In this document: positions 38,030 through 51,601 of the stretch, one piece after another
How positions within the stretch are numbered: the stretch's first letter is position 1
Layout of the letters: the number at the start of each line of letters is the position of its first letter
From: Felis catus
Lineage: Eukaryota
Assembly: GCF_018350175.1 (NCBI RefSeq)
Contig: NC_058368.1
Span: forward strand, 106,394,001-106,458,000
Direction: 5' to 3'
Length of the DNA stretch: 64,000 nt
Notes under the pieces: generated by a model
What the model saw: only the letters and a program-made list of their open reading frames with translations
Told to the model about the DNA's origin: nothing
Database searches by the model: none
Position numbers and translations under genes: made by a program

Positions 38030-39200
38030 TTGTCAACTGTATGTATTCTGGTAACTACTATGGTGTTTCATGATGTAGAACGTTTCCATGACTGAAAATA
38101 CCCCAGTGTCTCTGTGCTGTCAGCCCCATCCCCTCACTTCTGGCCATTGGCAGTCATTCCTCTGTCACTGTAGTTATAACTTCTAGAATTTCATACAAAA
38201 GGAATGATGCAATGCATACTTCTCTGTGCCTTTCACTTAGTATCATGCTTACATTGTTGTGTGTATCAGTAATTTGTTCCTTGTTATTCATTAATTTGAG
38301 AGAGAGCAAGAGAGCACGCGCACACATGCACACATGAGTGCCGTTGGGTGACAGGCAGAGAGAGGGAGAGAGAGAATCCCAAGTAGGCTCCATGCTGTCA
38401 GCACAGAGCTGGATGTAGGACTTAAACTCACGGATGGTGAGATCATGACTTGAGCCGAAATCAAGAGTCAGATGCTTCATGCCCTGAGCCACGCAGATGC
38501 CCCTTTGTTTTTATTTATTAACTAAATTCCATGTTTTAAAAATTTACTAGTTTTTCCTGTATGTTTTTTTCTAGGATCCAATACTGAATGTCACATTACA
38601 TTTAGTGGTTATATCTCTTTCGGTTCCTTTGGGCTATAAATCTTGCTCAAACTTGACTTGTTTTTGATGACCTTGATATTTTTGATAAGTACTGATCAGG
38701 TGGTTTAGACAGTGTCCTGTTTTAGTTTATGCGATGACTTTCTCATGGTTACGCTAAAGTTGAGGTTTTTCAGAATAGAACCACAGAGGTGATCTAGCAT
38801 ATAAAAGAAACCTAGCTATTAACATGTATTATCACTAATGTTAATTTTGAAATCTTGACTGTTTCTCAGTTTTTGCCTCTGAATAATCATTTTTTTCCTC
38901 CTTGACAAACTGTGGTCGAGGGGAAAGTCATTGTAGCCTGTACTTCTGCACAGGGTGTTGTGCTCTACCTCTTTAAGGAGAGGCTATCTATGTAAATTAT
39001 TTGGAAGTCTACTGTACAGGAGCTTCCTCTCTTATTCCTCTGTATTCATTTACATAACCATTTATTAAATTAATGTGGACTTATATGTTTTTTTTTATAC
39101 TTCAGTTAACCCCACCAATATCATGTTAATGGATTACTCAAATTGTTCAAGCTTTGGCAATTGGGATCTCTTTTACTTGATGGGGTACAGTATTTCACCA
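38030..39200 (-). mobile_element. Nested old L1M 3' fragments
   Basis: CTAGAATTTCATACAAAAGGAATGATGCAATG; TAGGATCCAATACTGAATGTCACATTACATTTAGTGG. Confidence 0.65.
38283..38503 (-). mobile_element. CanSINE (older)
   Basis: Consensus body. Confidence 0.9.
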
Positions 39201-40278
39201 GGCATTGTGATTTTTGCTTTATCATTTTGTGAAGTTTTCTTCTGTCTCAGATTTGCTGGGATGTTAAAAAATTTGGAATGCGTATTGCAGTTTGTCAAAT
39301 ACTCTTCTAACACTTGAATTGATCAGATGGTTTTTAGTTATCTTTTTAGTTATCAAATACTGTTAAATTCTTGAACATTAAATCAGCCTGACATTCTGGG
39401 GAAACCCAGGTTGGTCATGACTTAACCATTTTTATAGTTTAATTTGTTGAAAATTCTATGTTTTTGAGAAATATTTGTTATTTTCTGGCAATGTCTTTGT
39501 CTGATGGTGTTATCAAGGCCTCATAGAGTAAGTTAGAAAGTATTTCCTCTCTTCAATTGTTTTAAAGATTTTTCTGTAAAATTGGTATGAATTCTTCCTT
39601 AAATGTTGACTAGAATTCACCACTGAAGCAACTTGGGTATGCAATTTCCCTTTTTAATTATAAATTAAATTTGTTTAACATATGTAAGGCTATTCAGGGT
39701 ATCTATTTCTTGTTGGGTGAACTTCAGTGTATATATTGCAAGGAATTTATCTCATATGTTTTTGAGTTCTCCATAAAGTTTTTCATATATTCTTATCCTT
39801 TTAATGTCTATATAATCTGTATTGATGCTATATCTTATTTCTGACATGGTACATATCTCTTTTTCTTTTTCAGTCTGGCCACATGTTTATCAATTTTAGT
39901 GAACTTTTCAAAGAACCACGTCTTGGTTTATTTTTTGCTATTTTTTTTTTGTTTTCATTTTTACTGATTTTTCCCCCTTCTGATATTATTTCATTTAATC
40001 TTCCTGATTTGGGTTTAATTGGCTCTTCTTTTTCTAGCCTTCAGTTGGAAGCTTAGTTCATTGATTTTCATACCTTGTTCTTTTCCAATGTAGGAGCTTA
40101 TTTCTATAAAGGCTTCTGTAAGTGTTGGTATCCTGTCACAAATTTGGATACGTTGTCTTTACATTTTGATTTAGAGAAAAACACTTAATAGTCTCCCTTT
40201 TAATTTCTTCTCTGACTTATGGATTATTTAGAAGTGGTCTATACCACATGGCTTATGTACCATAAAATTGTTCCATTT

Positions 40279-40410
40279 GGGGGGCACCTGGGTGGCTCAG
40301 TCACTTAAGCCTCTGACTTCAGCTCAGGTCATGATCTCGGTTTGTGAGTTCAAGCCCTACATTGGGCTCTGTGCTGACAGCTCAGAGCCTGGAGCCTGCT
40401 TCAGATTTGG

Positions 40411-40468
<58 letters not shown>

Positions 40469-40523
40469 CCCATCTTTAATTTGTGCTCTCTCACTCGAAA
40501 AAGTTAAAAAAATTTATTAAAAA
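40279..40523 (+). mobile_element. CanSINE with long (CT)n
   Basis: TSD-like AAAATT(G/C)TTCCATTT. Confidence 0.92.
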
Positions 40524-40643
40524 ATTCTTCCATTTAAGCTTAAAATTCAATGGTTTTTTTTTTTTTAAGTTTACATAAGTACACAACAATCACCACTGTC
40601 TAGTTTGTCCACATTTCTGCTGTCTAAAAAGATTCCTAATGTC

Positions 40644-40831
40644 GGGGGCGCCTGGGGGGCGCAGTCGGTTAAGCGTCCGACTTCAGCCAGGTCACGATCT
40701 TGCGGTCCGTGAGTTCGAGCCCCGCATCAGGCTCTGGGCTGATGGCTCGGAGCCTGGAGCCTAGCCTGTTTCCGATTCTGTGTCTCCCTCTCTCTGCCCC
40801 TCCCCCGTTCATGCTCTGTCTCTCTCTGTCC

Positions 40832-40885
<54 letters not shown>

Positions 40886-40886
40886 G
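40644..40886 (+). mobile_element. Young felid CanSINE with A49 run
   Basis: Perfect 18-bp TSD AAAAAGATTCCTAATGTC at 40626-40643 and 40887-40904. Confidence 0.96.
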
Positions 40887-41695
40887 AAAAAGATTCCTAA
40901 TGTCAATTTGCAGTAAATTGTGGTGCTTATTGCCAGCTCTTGGCAATCACTAATCTACATTCTGTCTGTAGAGAATCAACTTTTGTGGGCATTTTCTCTC
41001 AATAGAAATATAATGGGTTATTTAGAAGTATGTGGTTTATTTTCTATTATTTGTGAATTATGTGAATTTCCTTCTTTGGTTGATTTGGAATTGAGCTTTA
41101 TATCATTTTGATTTTAAAAAATTTGAGATAGGATTTATGGTCTGTTATATAGTGTATTTTGGAGACTGCTCCATCTGGATTTGAAAAGACTGTATGTTCT
41201 GTGGTGGATGGAGTGTTGTACAGATAACAGGTAAGGTAGGTTGATAGTGTTCAAGTCTATATACCTGCTGGTTTCCTATCTAGTTGCTTTCTTCATTATT
41301 GAGAGTATAGTACTGCAATCTACAATTGTTGAAATCTCTCTCTCTTCCTTCAATTCCATCATTTTCTTTATTTTGGTTTTTGGAGATAGTATGTTAGATT
41401 CATAGGTTTATATATTTTGTATTTTTGTTAAATTGACCATTTTAGCATTTTTTTGGTCTGACACTGTATTTTTTTTCTTTCTGATACTGGTATAGCTATT
41501 GTGGTTTCTGCTAGCCTAATAGAGCTTTCTTCATTTTTTACTTTCAGTCTCTTTGTGTAATTAAAACTGAATTTCTCTTGGAGAGATAGTACAAGTGTGT
41601 CATATTTATATAGTTTGAATTTTGTGAATCTATGCATTTTGATTGGAAGATTTAATCCATTTACATGGAGTATAATTATTGATATGTTTGAATTT

Positions 41696-41924
41696 TTAAA
41701 AATATTTTTAATGTTTTTTTTTTTCATTTTTGTGAGAGAGAGAGAGAGAGAGACAGAAAGTGAGCAGGTGAGGGACAGAGAAAGACACAAACACAGAATC
41801 CGAAGCAGGCTCCAGGCTCTTAGCTGTCAGGTCAAAGCCTAATGTGGGGCTCGAACTCACGAATTGTTAGATCATGACTGGAACCGAATGGGACGCTTAA
41901 CCGACTGAGCCACCCTGGCGCCCC
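41696..41924 (-). mobile_element. CanSINE
   Basis: TSD GATATGTTTGAATTT. Confidence 0.94.
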
Positions 41925-42177
41925 GATATGTTTGAATTTCTGTCAGCCATTTTGCTATTTGATATTCCTCCTTTACTACTTTATGTTGGATTAAGTAGAT
42001 CTATTTTCGGATATCACCTAAAAATTGTTTTGGGGGGTTAGTTTTTCAGTGGTTCCTTGAAAATTATAATATACATGCTAATTTAAAATCAGCTTCAGGT
42101 GAATACTAACCTAAGTCAAATTAAATAAACTTTGTTCATATATAGCTCCCTCCCCTCAGTTATCCTTTGGGCTAGTC

Positions 42178-42423
42178 TTTTTTTTTTTTTTTTTTTCTTT
42201 TTTTGAAAGAGAAAGTGAGAGAGTGTACAAGCTGGGAAGAGGGGCAAATGGGCAGACGGGTAGGGTGGGGGGAGAGAAAAAGATAGAGAGAGAATATATA
42301 TTAAGCAGGCTCCATACTCAGACCAGAGCCTGATGCAGGGCTTGATCCCACAAATCGTGAGATCATGACCTGAGCTGAAATCAAGAGTCAGACACTTAAC
42401 CAACTGAGCCACCAAGGTGCCCC
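42178..42423 (-). mobile_element. CanSINE (older)
   Basis: Consensus body; poly-T tail. Confidence 0.9.
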
Positions 42424-42744
42424 TCCTTTGTAATATTCTTATCATAAATATTATATTTTAAAATACTAGGCTAGAAGTTATAAAAGAGTTTGATCATTTT
42501 TATTATACATTTCTTATCAGTCAAAAGAGAAAAATATATTCAGACTTGGTTTCATATGTAGCTAACAAATACCTTTACTGGTGCTCATAATTTCTTCCTG
42601 GATCTAACTTACTTTCTGATGCCATTTGCTTTTTGCCTGAAGGGTTTCTGTATTTCTTGTAAGTCAAGTTTGCCAGCAATGAATTTTCTCAGTATTTGGT
42701 TATTTGGAAACGTCTAAATTTATCCTTTTGTTAAAGAATACTTT

Positions 42745-42861
42745 GGGACACATGGGTGGCTCAGTCAGTTAAGTGTCTGACTCTTGATTTCAGCTCAGAT
42801 CATGATTTCAGGGTCATGGATGAAGCCCCGTGTTGGGCTCAATGCTGATCTCTCTCTCTCT

Positions 42862-42902
<41 letters not shown>
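42745..42902 (+). mobile_element. CanSINE with (AAT)n tail
   Basis: GGGTGGCTCAGTCAGTTAAGTGTCTGACTCTTGAT; (AAT)n at 42863-42902. Confidence 0.88.
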
Positions 42903-42903
<1 letters not shown>

Positions 42904-42954
42904 GTTTGAATAAAGAATTCTTAATTGCCCTTTTTAAAATATCTAGGCCATAGT

Positions 42955-43484
42955 GTTGCTAGGAGGATCTAGACTTGTTTTCAGAAGTAGTCTATAATAA
43001 TTTTCTGTTGAACATAACAGTTGCATGGAACACCAGCATCATAAAGTTAGTCACCATATGGATCAAGACCAAAACAAAACTGTGTAGTCATATCTGAACA
43101 CAGATATTAAAAAAAAGAGAACATTGCCCAAAACACACAAATACCCAGACCGTTCCTTCCCATGATTAAAATGATTAATATGAGTGACTTCTGCCAGTTC
43201 ATCAAGTACAGGTTTGCCTCATTTCATTCTTTCTGTTTCACAGATAAGAGCTTTTAAGATAGAATCATAAAATTTCCTCCCCTGTGTGGCATCATGTAAT
43301 TCCTAGCCAAGACCTCTTCTTTGAGCCCTCTTCCAAAGCATCCAAATCCTGTTACACCCTCTTACTGAGACGCTTCATGGTTCCCCATGGTGTGTGGTCT
43401 CCCTTGCCATTGGAACAGGTTATAAAGCCAACTTTGTTCAACTATAGGTGAGTTACTTGTCTCTTTGGCTGATGAGCATTGTCA
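42955..43484 (+). mobile_element. Solo ERV1-class LTR (MER67-like)
   Basis: 3' part CTTACTGAGACGCTTCATGGTTCCCCATGGTGTGTGGTCTCCCTTGC...TTGTTCAACTATAGGTG...CTTTGGCTGATGAGCATTGTCA resembles MER67 ends, recalled from memory. Confidence 0.55.
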
Positions 43485-43510
43485 CCTGAATCAAAAAGGA
43501 TGAAGGTTAT

Positions 43511-43675
43511 GGGGCACTTGGTTAACTTGGTCATTAAGCAAAGTTCATGAGTTCAAGCCCCACCTCAAGCTCTTTGCTGACAGCGTGGAACATGATTGGG
43601 GTTGTCTCTCTCCTTCTCTCTCTGCTCCTCCCCTGCTTGCTGTTTCTCTCAAAAATAAATAAATTTTAAAAAGAA
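43511..43675 (+). mobile_element. CanSINE, diverged
   Basis: TTCATGAGTTCAAGCCCCAC...CTCTCAAAAATAAATAAA. Confidence 0.85.
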
Positions 43676-43904
43676 ATATGAAAGGTACAATGGGCAAAGA
43701 CCTACTACGTGATTACAAACAAAACTAAGTAATGGATCATAATATTAAAAAATTTTAATTCGAGGTAAAACCTTAAAATAGCTTAATATAGGTGAATAAA
43801 AAAGGATAAAATTTATAATTAAAATCGAACTTCAAAGTCTGTGGATACTTCAAAATGGCATAAACATGAGGAAAGTTCTTCGTGGAATATTCTTGCTTTC
43901 TAGA

Positions 43905-44190
43905 TGAGCAGTCAGGAATTTCTTTTGTAAAGGGTCAAAAAGCAAATAGTAAATATTTTCAACTTTGCAGGTCAGATTTCTATTGTAAGCACTCACCTTT
44001 GCCATTGTGTTGTGAAAATAGCCATCAACAACACACAAATGTGTTTGAAGAAAACTATTTATGTACATGAACTGGAATTTTATGACTTTGATGTGGCACA
44101 AATGGTGGAAATTATTTTTAGCTCATGGAATGTGCAAAAATAGGAAAGGGACCATATTTAGTCTGTGTGCCTTTCTTGACACCCCTTCTC
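43905..44190. mobile_element. MER58B-like hAT-Charlie fossil
   Basis: GTAAAGGGTCA..ATAGTAAATATTTT..CTTTGCAGG...GCCATTGTG..GAAAATAGCCAT. Confidence 0.7.
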
Positions 44191-44199
44191 TAGGTAATG

Positions 44200-44505
44200 A
44201 TTGGCTCACTACCTCTCATCTTTACTCTAATGTCACCTTCTCAGTAGAGGTCTTCCCTGATTTCCTTTTAAGAACAGCACCCCCCCCCCCACTTCCTTCT
44301 CTTCTTTTTGTTCCCCTATTGGACTTACAGTTAAAGGACCTACACATTTTATTCATTTGTTTGTTGTTAGACACTCCTCATTAGAATGTACAGTCCTTAC
44401 ATGTTAGAGTTTTCATTTTTGTTAACTGCATCCTCACCTGCTATGAAAGCGTTGAGTGTATTGTATGCTCCTACTGAGTTTGCTCCTAATACAACGAATA
44501 AATGA
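44200..44505. mobile_element. L2 fragment
   Basis: AATGTCACCTTCTCAGTAGAGGTCTTCCCTGA. Confidence 0.6.
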
Positions 44506-45452
44506 GAACCTATGAGAAGAATCACAGCAGCAGACCAGGGGTGGTCATACTTCATTGTCTCCAGTTTGAGAACCCACATGGAAGATACCTTTATCTCACA
44601 GTCATGACAGTGAAAAGATTGAGCTTTTATTTAATAGTCTGAGATACTGGAAAAGATTGTTCAAATTAGGGAATGTAGCCTAAAAATCCTGTTTGGACTA
44701 CAGTTTTTGTTGTTGTTGTTGTTGTTGTGTATCCCTCATAGCCATCTGGTGAAAAGTGACAGGGAGGATTAGATGAGCTATAGATAGATAGGTAGTAGTG
44801 GTTGCCCTACAGGAAGAGGACTGGGCGTTTAACTGAGAATTGACTTCCACTTCGATTGGTTATATAACATTTAAAGAGGAGGCTCCAGACTTTTGATATG
44901 CTAGAGTCTTAGGATGCCGATCTCATAAGAAGATGTGGGTGCAGAAATCTTCTTTTGAGTGCGTGTTTGCCTGGTGAACACACTTGTTCAGAGGGTTGGC
45001 TTGGAAAGTGTGATCTACTTCATGCGGACCTAAGGCCGCTTGAAACCACTTCTGGGTTAGATATAAATATAATCATTTTTTATCTTTTCTTTGATTTTAA
45101 ATGTAAATTTTTAGAGTATAGATGAAAATACAAAGTATATCAAAGTAAACAAATCAGAATGTTGGATACCAAAGAAAAATGTTTGTGATTATCTATATTT
45201 TTATTTCTGCAACAAGCAAAGATATTGTGTATTCATTTTTAAAGCATTTTCTAATTTTCTTAGAATGTTAATAAATGAGCAAAGTTGTTGTGAATTTTTA
45301 CTACTGACAGATTGTTGAGCGGTAGAAGACATTGCAAGTATATACTCTCCTGGTTCAAAAAATGGCCCATGCCTGTGTTTGGAAGGACAGAATTCAGAGG
45401 CCAGTGTCCCACCTCCTCTTGGAAAGGAACTATCCCTTGTTTTCCCTTTCAG

Positions 45453-45540
45453 AACAGAATTCAAAAGCTGACAGAGAAGGCTGTTAACATAAATGCAGGG
45501 AACACTGCCTACTGTCAGATGAGAAGGAACAGTGAGGAGG
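45453..45540 (+). other. Candidate 88-nt internal exon
   Basis: cccttgttttccctttcag| ... AGG|gtaagt; one open frame NRIQKLTEKAVNINAGNTAYCQMRRNSEE. Confidence 0.35.
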
Positions 45541-47763
45541 GTAAGTACCTAGGGTCCCTGCCATTAAAAAGCACAACAGCCGTTCAGTAATTGTTAGACA
45601 GTCATTCACCTACTAAAGAACATTGAAAATGTAGGCCTGGTCTTGCCGTTCTTCCAATTTATTAAGAGCAGATGGCAATCCAGGTTTGTATATGAGATCT
45701 ACCCATTTTTTAAATGTCAGTTCATTCACTCAAGATGTTTTAAAATTCTGTATAGGTCAAATAAAATACCATGTTGGACTTAATCTTCTGGTTTCCTGCT
45801 TGATGGGACCCCTGAAGAAGATGATTGATCAAAGCACTTTGTTTCACATGATTCTAAAGTTACAGTGCAATTCCAAGTTGATAGTATCGGGGAGGAATAA
45901 TGGAGGGTAGGATATATACCTGAGCACATTTGTGCTCCTACAGTCTTAAGACTCTATCTAGATAAATAGATCTTTTCTTAGATCTTAAGCATAGTTCTAT
46001 AGATTATAGATAAATTCACCTCTTGTCACGGGATCGTCTTTAGCAATGGCGGTCTCTTGGCAGTATGGGAAAGGTCATTTCAGATAGTATAAACCTTTAT
46101 ATCACAATATACATCTACAACTTTGTGAAAGAAAAAATAGCGTGATAATTGTAAAAAATGAAGTGATAGGTAACTAATTAAAATAGTGTAATTGAAACCA
46201 TGCTTACAGAACAAGATAAGTTAAATAGATTCTTGAAGCCTTTCAAGGGAAATAAATCTTATAGCATGGTTTCTATAAGAATAAATTCCAAGTACTCAAC
46301 TATTTATATTCCAAGGAACACTTAAAATACAGCCCTTTCATAAACTAGAGGCTGCTGCCTGCCTGTGGTCTCTTCTCCCAGAGAACAAGATTTGGCTACA
46401 AGGAACATTTTCGCTGTTCTTGGACCGTTGTGTAGCTATTGAGCCAAATTATTTATAAAGGAAAGAAAAAAGAAAACATGAGCTGAGGGTGGCCTATGGA
46501 ATGCTACCTGGGTGCCTTACAAACACACGACTGCCCTGAATTTGAAAAGACTGACATTTATATTTCCCTTTCTCCTCGCCTCCTGATAAAAAGCTTCTCT
46601 GTTCCTTCTAGGGGATACTTGATCAGGCTCAGCAAAGAATGACCCCACACAGACCTAACTGGGACCCTTGGGCAGCTGACCAGACTTCACAGGCAATTCA
46701 TCCAGCCCTTCCTTTTACCTCTGAGGCATGATTTTCCTCCCTGACACTTGGTAGAGGCTGAGACAACTTCGCAGTTTTTAGTATGTGTCAGTAGTGTCTG
46801 TAGAAATGTGTCAGTCTTGGATAACACATTTCCCTAATTCTACCTTCTACATAGTACCTCTGTGTAAAATATATGTGAATGTGTAGATAAATTTCCATTT
46901 ACTTCATTGCTTTTTCTCACATCCTGCGAAGTTAAGACCATATCCTAAATTTTTAATAGCTTTTAAAAAGCTTCGTAGTATGTTTCTCTCTGATATTAAA
47001 GTGTTAAGTAATAATCTTTTAACCCAAAACATGATATAAGCACTTAAATTTTTGGCCACGTAAAAATAGTAACATAATCAAAATACTCTTCTTGCTTTAT
47101 TGCAGCCTGTGGATCCACCCATCACACTAATAGTTGTATCTTCTTAAATGTACTAGCCTATCACTTATCTCCAGGCTTTGAGGTGTCTTTATTGTTTCTG
47201 ACTTTGAAACTCTGTTCTAGTTTATTGTAGATTTTCAGGTTCTGCCTTTTCACAGTGCTGGTGTTGAGTGGAGGTAGATTCTAATACCAACAAGTTTCAT
47301 CATTCTCTCCAGTGTGTGCTATCTCTTGGAAAAAGTAAATTAAGTCCTGTTTCAGACTCGCAAGCTTTACCCTGCTCCCCTGGTGATAAAAGAGATTATG
47401 CTCTTAAGAGACAATTTCTACAACTAATTCAGTTCCTTGTCTCCTTACAGCCAATCTAAATCTGCCTCTCCTTTAAGATTAGGTTTTCCAGTCCCTCCCT
47501 GGGAAATTTAAAAAAATTTAATCTCAGCAAAACAAAAGCTTTTTCTCAATAGCTCTTTGGATGCTGGGTTCATCATCCCCATACATGGCTATTGGCACTT
47601 TTACCTTGACATGTCTACCTAGCTCATTTCCTCGAATTAAAGGATGTCTCCCCACTCCCAAGAGCACTGGCCTCACAAAGATGATTTATCACAAGGGTCC
47701 TGAAAACTGCCTTCCCTTGAATATTCAAATTAGAAGCTTCATTCATAAAGAGCTGTAGAAGCA

Positions 47764-47980
47764 GGGCGCCTGGGTGGCTCATCGGTTAAGCCTCAGACTT
47801 CGACTCAGGTCATGATGATCTCACACTTCATGGGTTCAAGCCCTGTGTCGGGCTCTGTGCTGACAGCTCAGAGCCTGGAGCCTGCTTCGAATTCTGTGTC
47901 TCCCTCTCTCTCTGCCCCTTCCCCACTCACACTCTGTCTCTCACTCTCAAAAAAATATAAAACATTAAAAAAAATTAAAA
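47764..47980 (+). mobile_element. CanSINE
   Basis: TSD AAAGAGCT(G/A)TAGAAG. Confidence 0.93.
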
Positions 47981-48186
47981 AGAGCTATAGAAGGAATTAT
48001 TCTGGATAAAGCACTGTACTTCATGGAAAGTTCTTAGGGTATACTAAGGCAATTTCAAGACTCTGTGGGCTTGAAAATGGGGGATGGTGCCAAAACTAAG
48101 GAATATAGGTAGCCTCTAGAAATTAGAAAATACAAGGAAGATCTGTCTCCTAGAGCTTCTGGAAAAGAATATGGTGGGCTGACATC

Positions 48187-48249
48187 TTTTTTTTTTTTTA
48201 AGTTTATTTATTTTGAGAGAGGGAGAGAGAGAGCATGACCTGGAGAGGG

Positions 48250-48302
<53 letters not shown>

Positions 48303-48427
48303 CTTGAGCAAACTCCATGCTGTCAGCCTGGAGCCTTACTCAAGGGTCAGTCCCACAAATGGTGAGATCACCACCTGAGCCAAAATCAAGTCAGACATTC
48401 AACCATCTGAGCCACCCAGGAGCCCCC
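48187..48427 (-). mobile_element. CanSINE with long (GA)n
   Basis: TSD CTGACATCTT. Confidence 0.92.
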
Positions 48428-48539
48428 TGACATCTTGATTTTTAGCCCATTAAGCCCATTTTAAGCCCATTAAGACTGGTATCAGTCTCCTACTTCTGAC
48501 CTCCGGGAATGTAAAATGTTTTTAAGCCACTAAGTTTGT

Positions 48540-48749
48540 TTAATGTTTTTATTTTATTTTTGAGAGAGACAGAGAGAGAGAGAGAGCAAGTGTGGGAGGG
48601 TCAAAGAGAGAGGGAGACACAGAATCTGAAGCAGGCTCCAGGCTCCGAGCTGTCAGCACAGAGTCCTACATGGGGCTCAAAATTGTGAACTGCGAGATCA
48701 TGACCTGACCAGAAGTCGGAAACTAAACCAACTGAGCCACACAGGTGCC
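48540..48749 (-). mobile_element. CanSINE
   Basis: Consensus body. Confidence 0.92.
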
Positions 48750-50079
48750 TTATCATCATTTTTTATAGCCCAAATACAAAACAAATAGAGGCAAGGAGAC
48801 TTTTTAATCGTACTCATAACTAAAGAATTCTAGCATGAGAATTTTTATTAAATAATTTAATAGCACGGAATGTTATGTCTGCCACAAAACATTATATGTA
48901 TGCATGTATGTATATACATCTATATAATGGCATACATGTATGTATTTGAGTGTAGATACGTGAACATATATGCCAAAGATGATAATTTTCCAAAAATACC
49001 TTAAAAGTTGGAAAATACTACTTTAAGATGTGTTGAGATGATAATTACCCATCTTGGCTTCAGAATCCTTCCCAGTTAGCAAAATACATAAAAACACATG
49101 GAAAGTATATTTATATATACTGTCACTTTGAGCTTTCACTTCTGTCTCAAGGTCTATACCAGCTATTCTGTTCCATTCTGTAGTGAGACATCTATTAAAA
49201 TTTACCAACCATTACATAAACATTTAAAGTTTGGATAAGATTCAAAAGTAATAATTTGTGTGTTTTCATAGTATGAAAACTGTTTCTTAAACTTTTACTC
49301 CCTGTAGATTAACTTTGACTGTTCAGGACTGCTGAATTTTCATGTTAGTAGCTTTGCTATGTTTCCTTATCAAGGAATCTTGATAATTAATTAGGATTTC
49401 TGTAATATGTTATAACAGTGGCTGTTTTTAGTGATCCCAGAACAGTCATGTATAGTTCTAATCTCTTTGTTTTTCTTAGCTTTTTTGCCATGGGATTTCT
49501 TACAGTAATTTTAAATATTCATTTTGGGTAAAACTGAGTAAAAACAACTTTCTGAGTCTTGGTAACTGTCAAATGCTGTATAAAATGTATGAATATTGGT
49601 GAAATAACTGTTTATAATACTCTTATACAGAGCATAATGATGATAAGACTAAATGGTTTAATGATGATACAGACATAATTTGGGAATTTTTTTTAACAAA
49701 ACTGATACACGCTCATTAAAATTTAAAGTAAAAGAATAAAAAGAGCAAAACAAGCTATTTTCAATGTTTTATTAAATATACCTACCTTATGTTGCACCTA
49801 AGGTTTTTCAATCAATATTTAAATTTTTAATATCCTTAAATGTGGCAGACAGTAACTAAATAATCGAAATCGAAGCAAATGTTGGTGTTTGCAAAGTATT
49901 TCTCCACCGTGAAAGCTATTTTTAAAAGTGTTTTAAGATCATAAAAAGTTACAGGAGCCATTAGGTTGGGGTTACTAGTTTTCCAAGTGTGTATTTTAAG
50001 TTTGACAGTGTTAGTATAATCATTATTATGAAAGATGAGTAAAAGGTGTTTCTAAATTTCTACTTTTTTTTCGCTGCCT

Positions 50080-50395
50080 GTGGCAGACACATTCTAAAGT
50101 GGATCCTGCTTCTCTCCACCCCCTGGAGCTCTTGACCTTGTGAATTCCCTTCTTTTTGAATCTGAACATGTCCGTTGACTTGAATCTGACCCATGGAGCA
50201 CAGCAAAAAGTGATGGGATATTACCTTTATGATTACATTATGTAAGATTTTAATGTCTATCTTGCTAGGACTCAATCCTTGCAGACTGTTGGACCAGGAA
50301 CTTGTGTTTCTGGCTACCTTTTGTATGGAGCCATCATCAGTTTTTTGCCTTGTGATTTTAGCCTCTTGATTAGTCAAAGCCAGCAGTGGGAGATT
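50080..50395 (+). mobile_element. MLT1-type MaLR LTR fragment
   Basis: TGTGGCAGACACATTCTAAAG...CAAAAAGTGATGGGAT..ATGATTACATTATGTAAGA. Confidence 0.55.
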
Positions 50396-51058
50396 TTGGG
50401 TAAGAGGATCAAATGATGTCACTTGTAGATGTTTTTATTTGTAAGAAAGGAATGAAATTGTAAATCTCATTGGATCCTTAAAATGTACCCTCTTTCTTGT
50501 CCTCTGAGTTGGAAGTGGGAGAGGGACGTGGGGAAGGAAAGAGTCTGCTTCGTTGGGGACTCAGGTTGCTTAAATTTTATATATTACTTGGCAGGGAAGC
50601 TACTTAGAAGCAGGAGTCATGTTATTACTGCACTTTCTTATCTCTTAAGAAGCCATCAGTTACTTGAAGCAACCTGGCAGATGCATGAGCATTAACTTGT
50701 GTTTTGAAAACCAGCAGTAAAATTATGAATTTGTTCCTAATTCCAGTGGTCCTGCTTACTTATTTTCAAAGATGAAGAGTTATCTGCTTAATTATGGAAT
50801 TTAATGTTTGTAGGTAACATTTGAATCTTTTGCCTGACCTACATTCTTTTGCCTGTGTGAGTTTAGCTTGTGTAATTCTGCTTGATTGTGATTGGACTGT
50901 CAATCATGTGGCCCCTTTTCCCCTGCTAGAGGGGTGGGAGCATGAGCCAGTGTGATGGAGCCACAACAGTGATGGGAGGTGGTAGTGTTCATCTGCTCAG
51001 GAAAGACTAGAGTCCTTTAGGAAATTGCTATCAGTATTGAAGAACATAGTGGACTTCC

Positions 51059-51285
51059 TTTTTTATTAAGATTTTTTTTTTTAAACATTCATCTGAGAGA
51101 GAGACAGAGAAAGAGAAAGGGAGAGAACATGCGTGAGTGGGAAAGGGGAAGAGAGAATCCAAAGCAAGGTCCATGCTGTCAGCACAGAGCCTGACTTGGG
51201 GCTTGAACCCAGGAACTGTGAGATCATGACCTGAGCCAAAGTCAAGAGTAGGTCGTTTAACTTGATTGAGTCACCCAGGTGCCCC
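51059..51285 (-). mobile_element. CanSINE
   Basis: Consensus body. Confidence 0.9.
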
Positions 51286-51601
51286 TAAGGAGATAGCAGG
51301 CCTGTTATTGAAGTTAGTTTGAAGCAGGTTTCCGTCCTTTGAAGGTGAAATGACTGTGACACATACAATTTGTTTTGCATCTGGAAATCTAGATAATGAA
51401 TGCTTCTGTTTTTGGCTTCTCCATCAAACTGCATATATTTGATTTCATTTCTGATAATTCTACCCTAATGAAATGAGTTCTATTTTGGTTACTGAAACAA
51501 GGATGTGTAACAGGATCTCTTATACTGTGTTTCAGACTGAATGAGAAATCCTTGCTGGAAATGTTATTAGCTCTTTGTGCCCTCAGTGATAAACTACATT
51601 T

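Larger units (their letters stand above)
39290..42730 (-). mobile_element. Long antisense L1M fragment (ORF2 region toward ORF1), interrupted by SINEs
   Basis: TAGAATTCACCACTGAAG; TTTTCAAAGAACCA; ATTGGAAGATTTAATCCATTTACAT; minus-strand ISIIILHVNGLNLPIK resembles the L1 ORF2 endonuclease N-terminus. Confidence 0.85.
48060..48790 (+). mobile_element. MLT1 (MaLR) LTR fragment split by two SINEs
   Basis: GCCTCTAGAAATTAGAAAA..CAAGGAA; CTGACATCTTGATTTTTAGCCC; CTTCTGACCTCC; TTTTAAGCCACTAAGTTTG. Confidence 0.7.
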
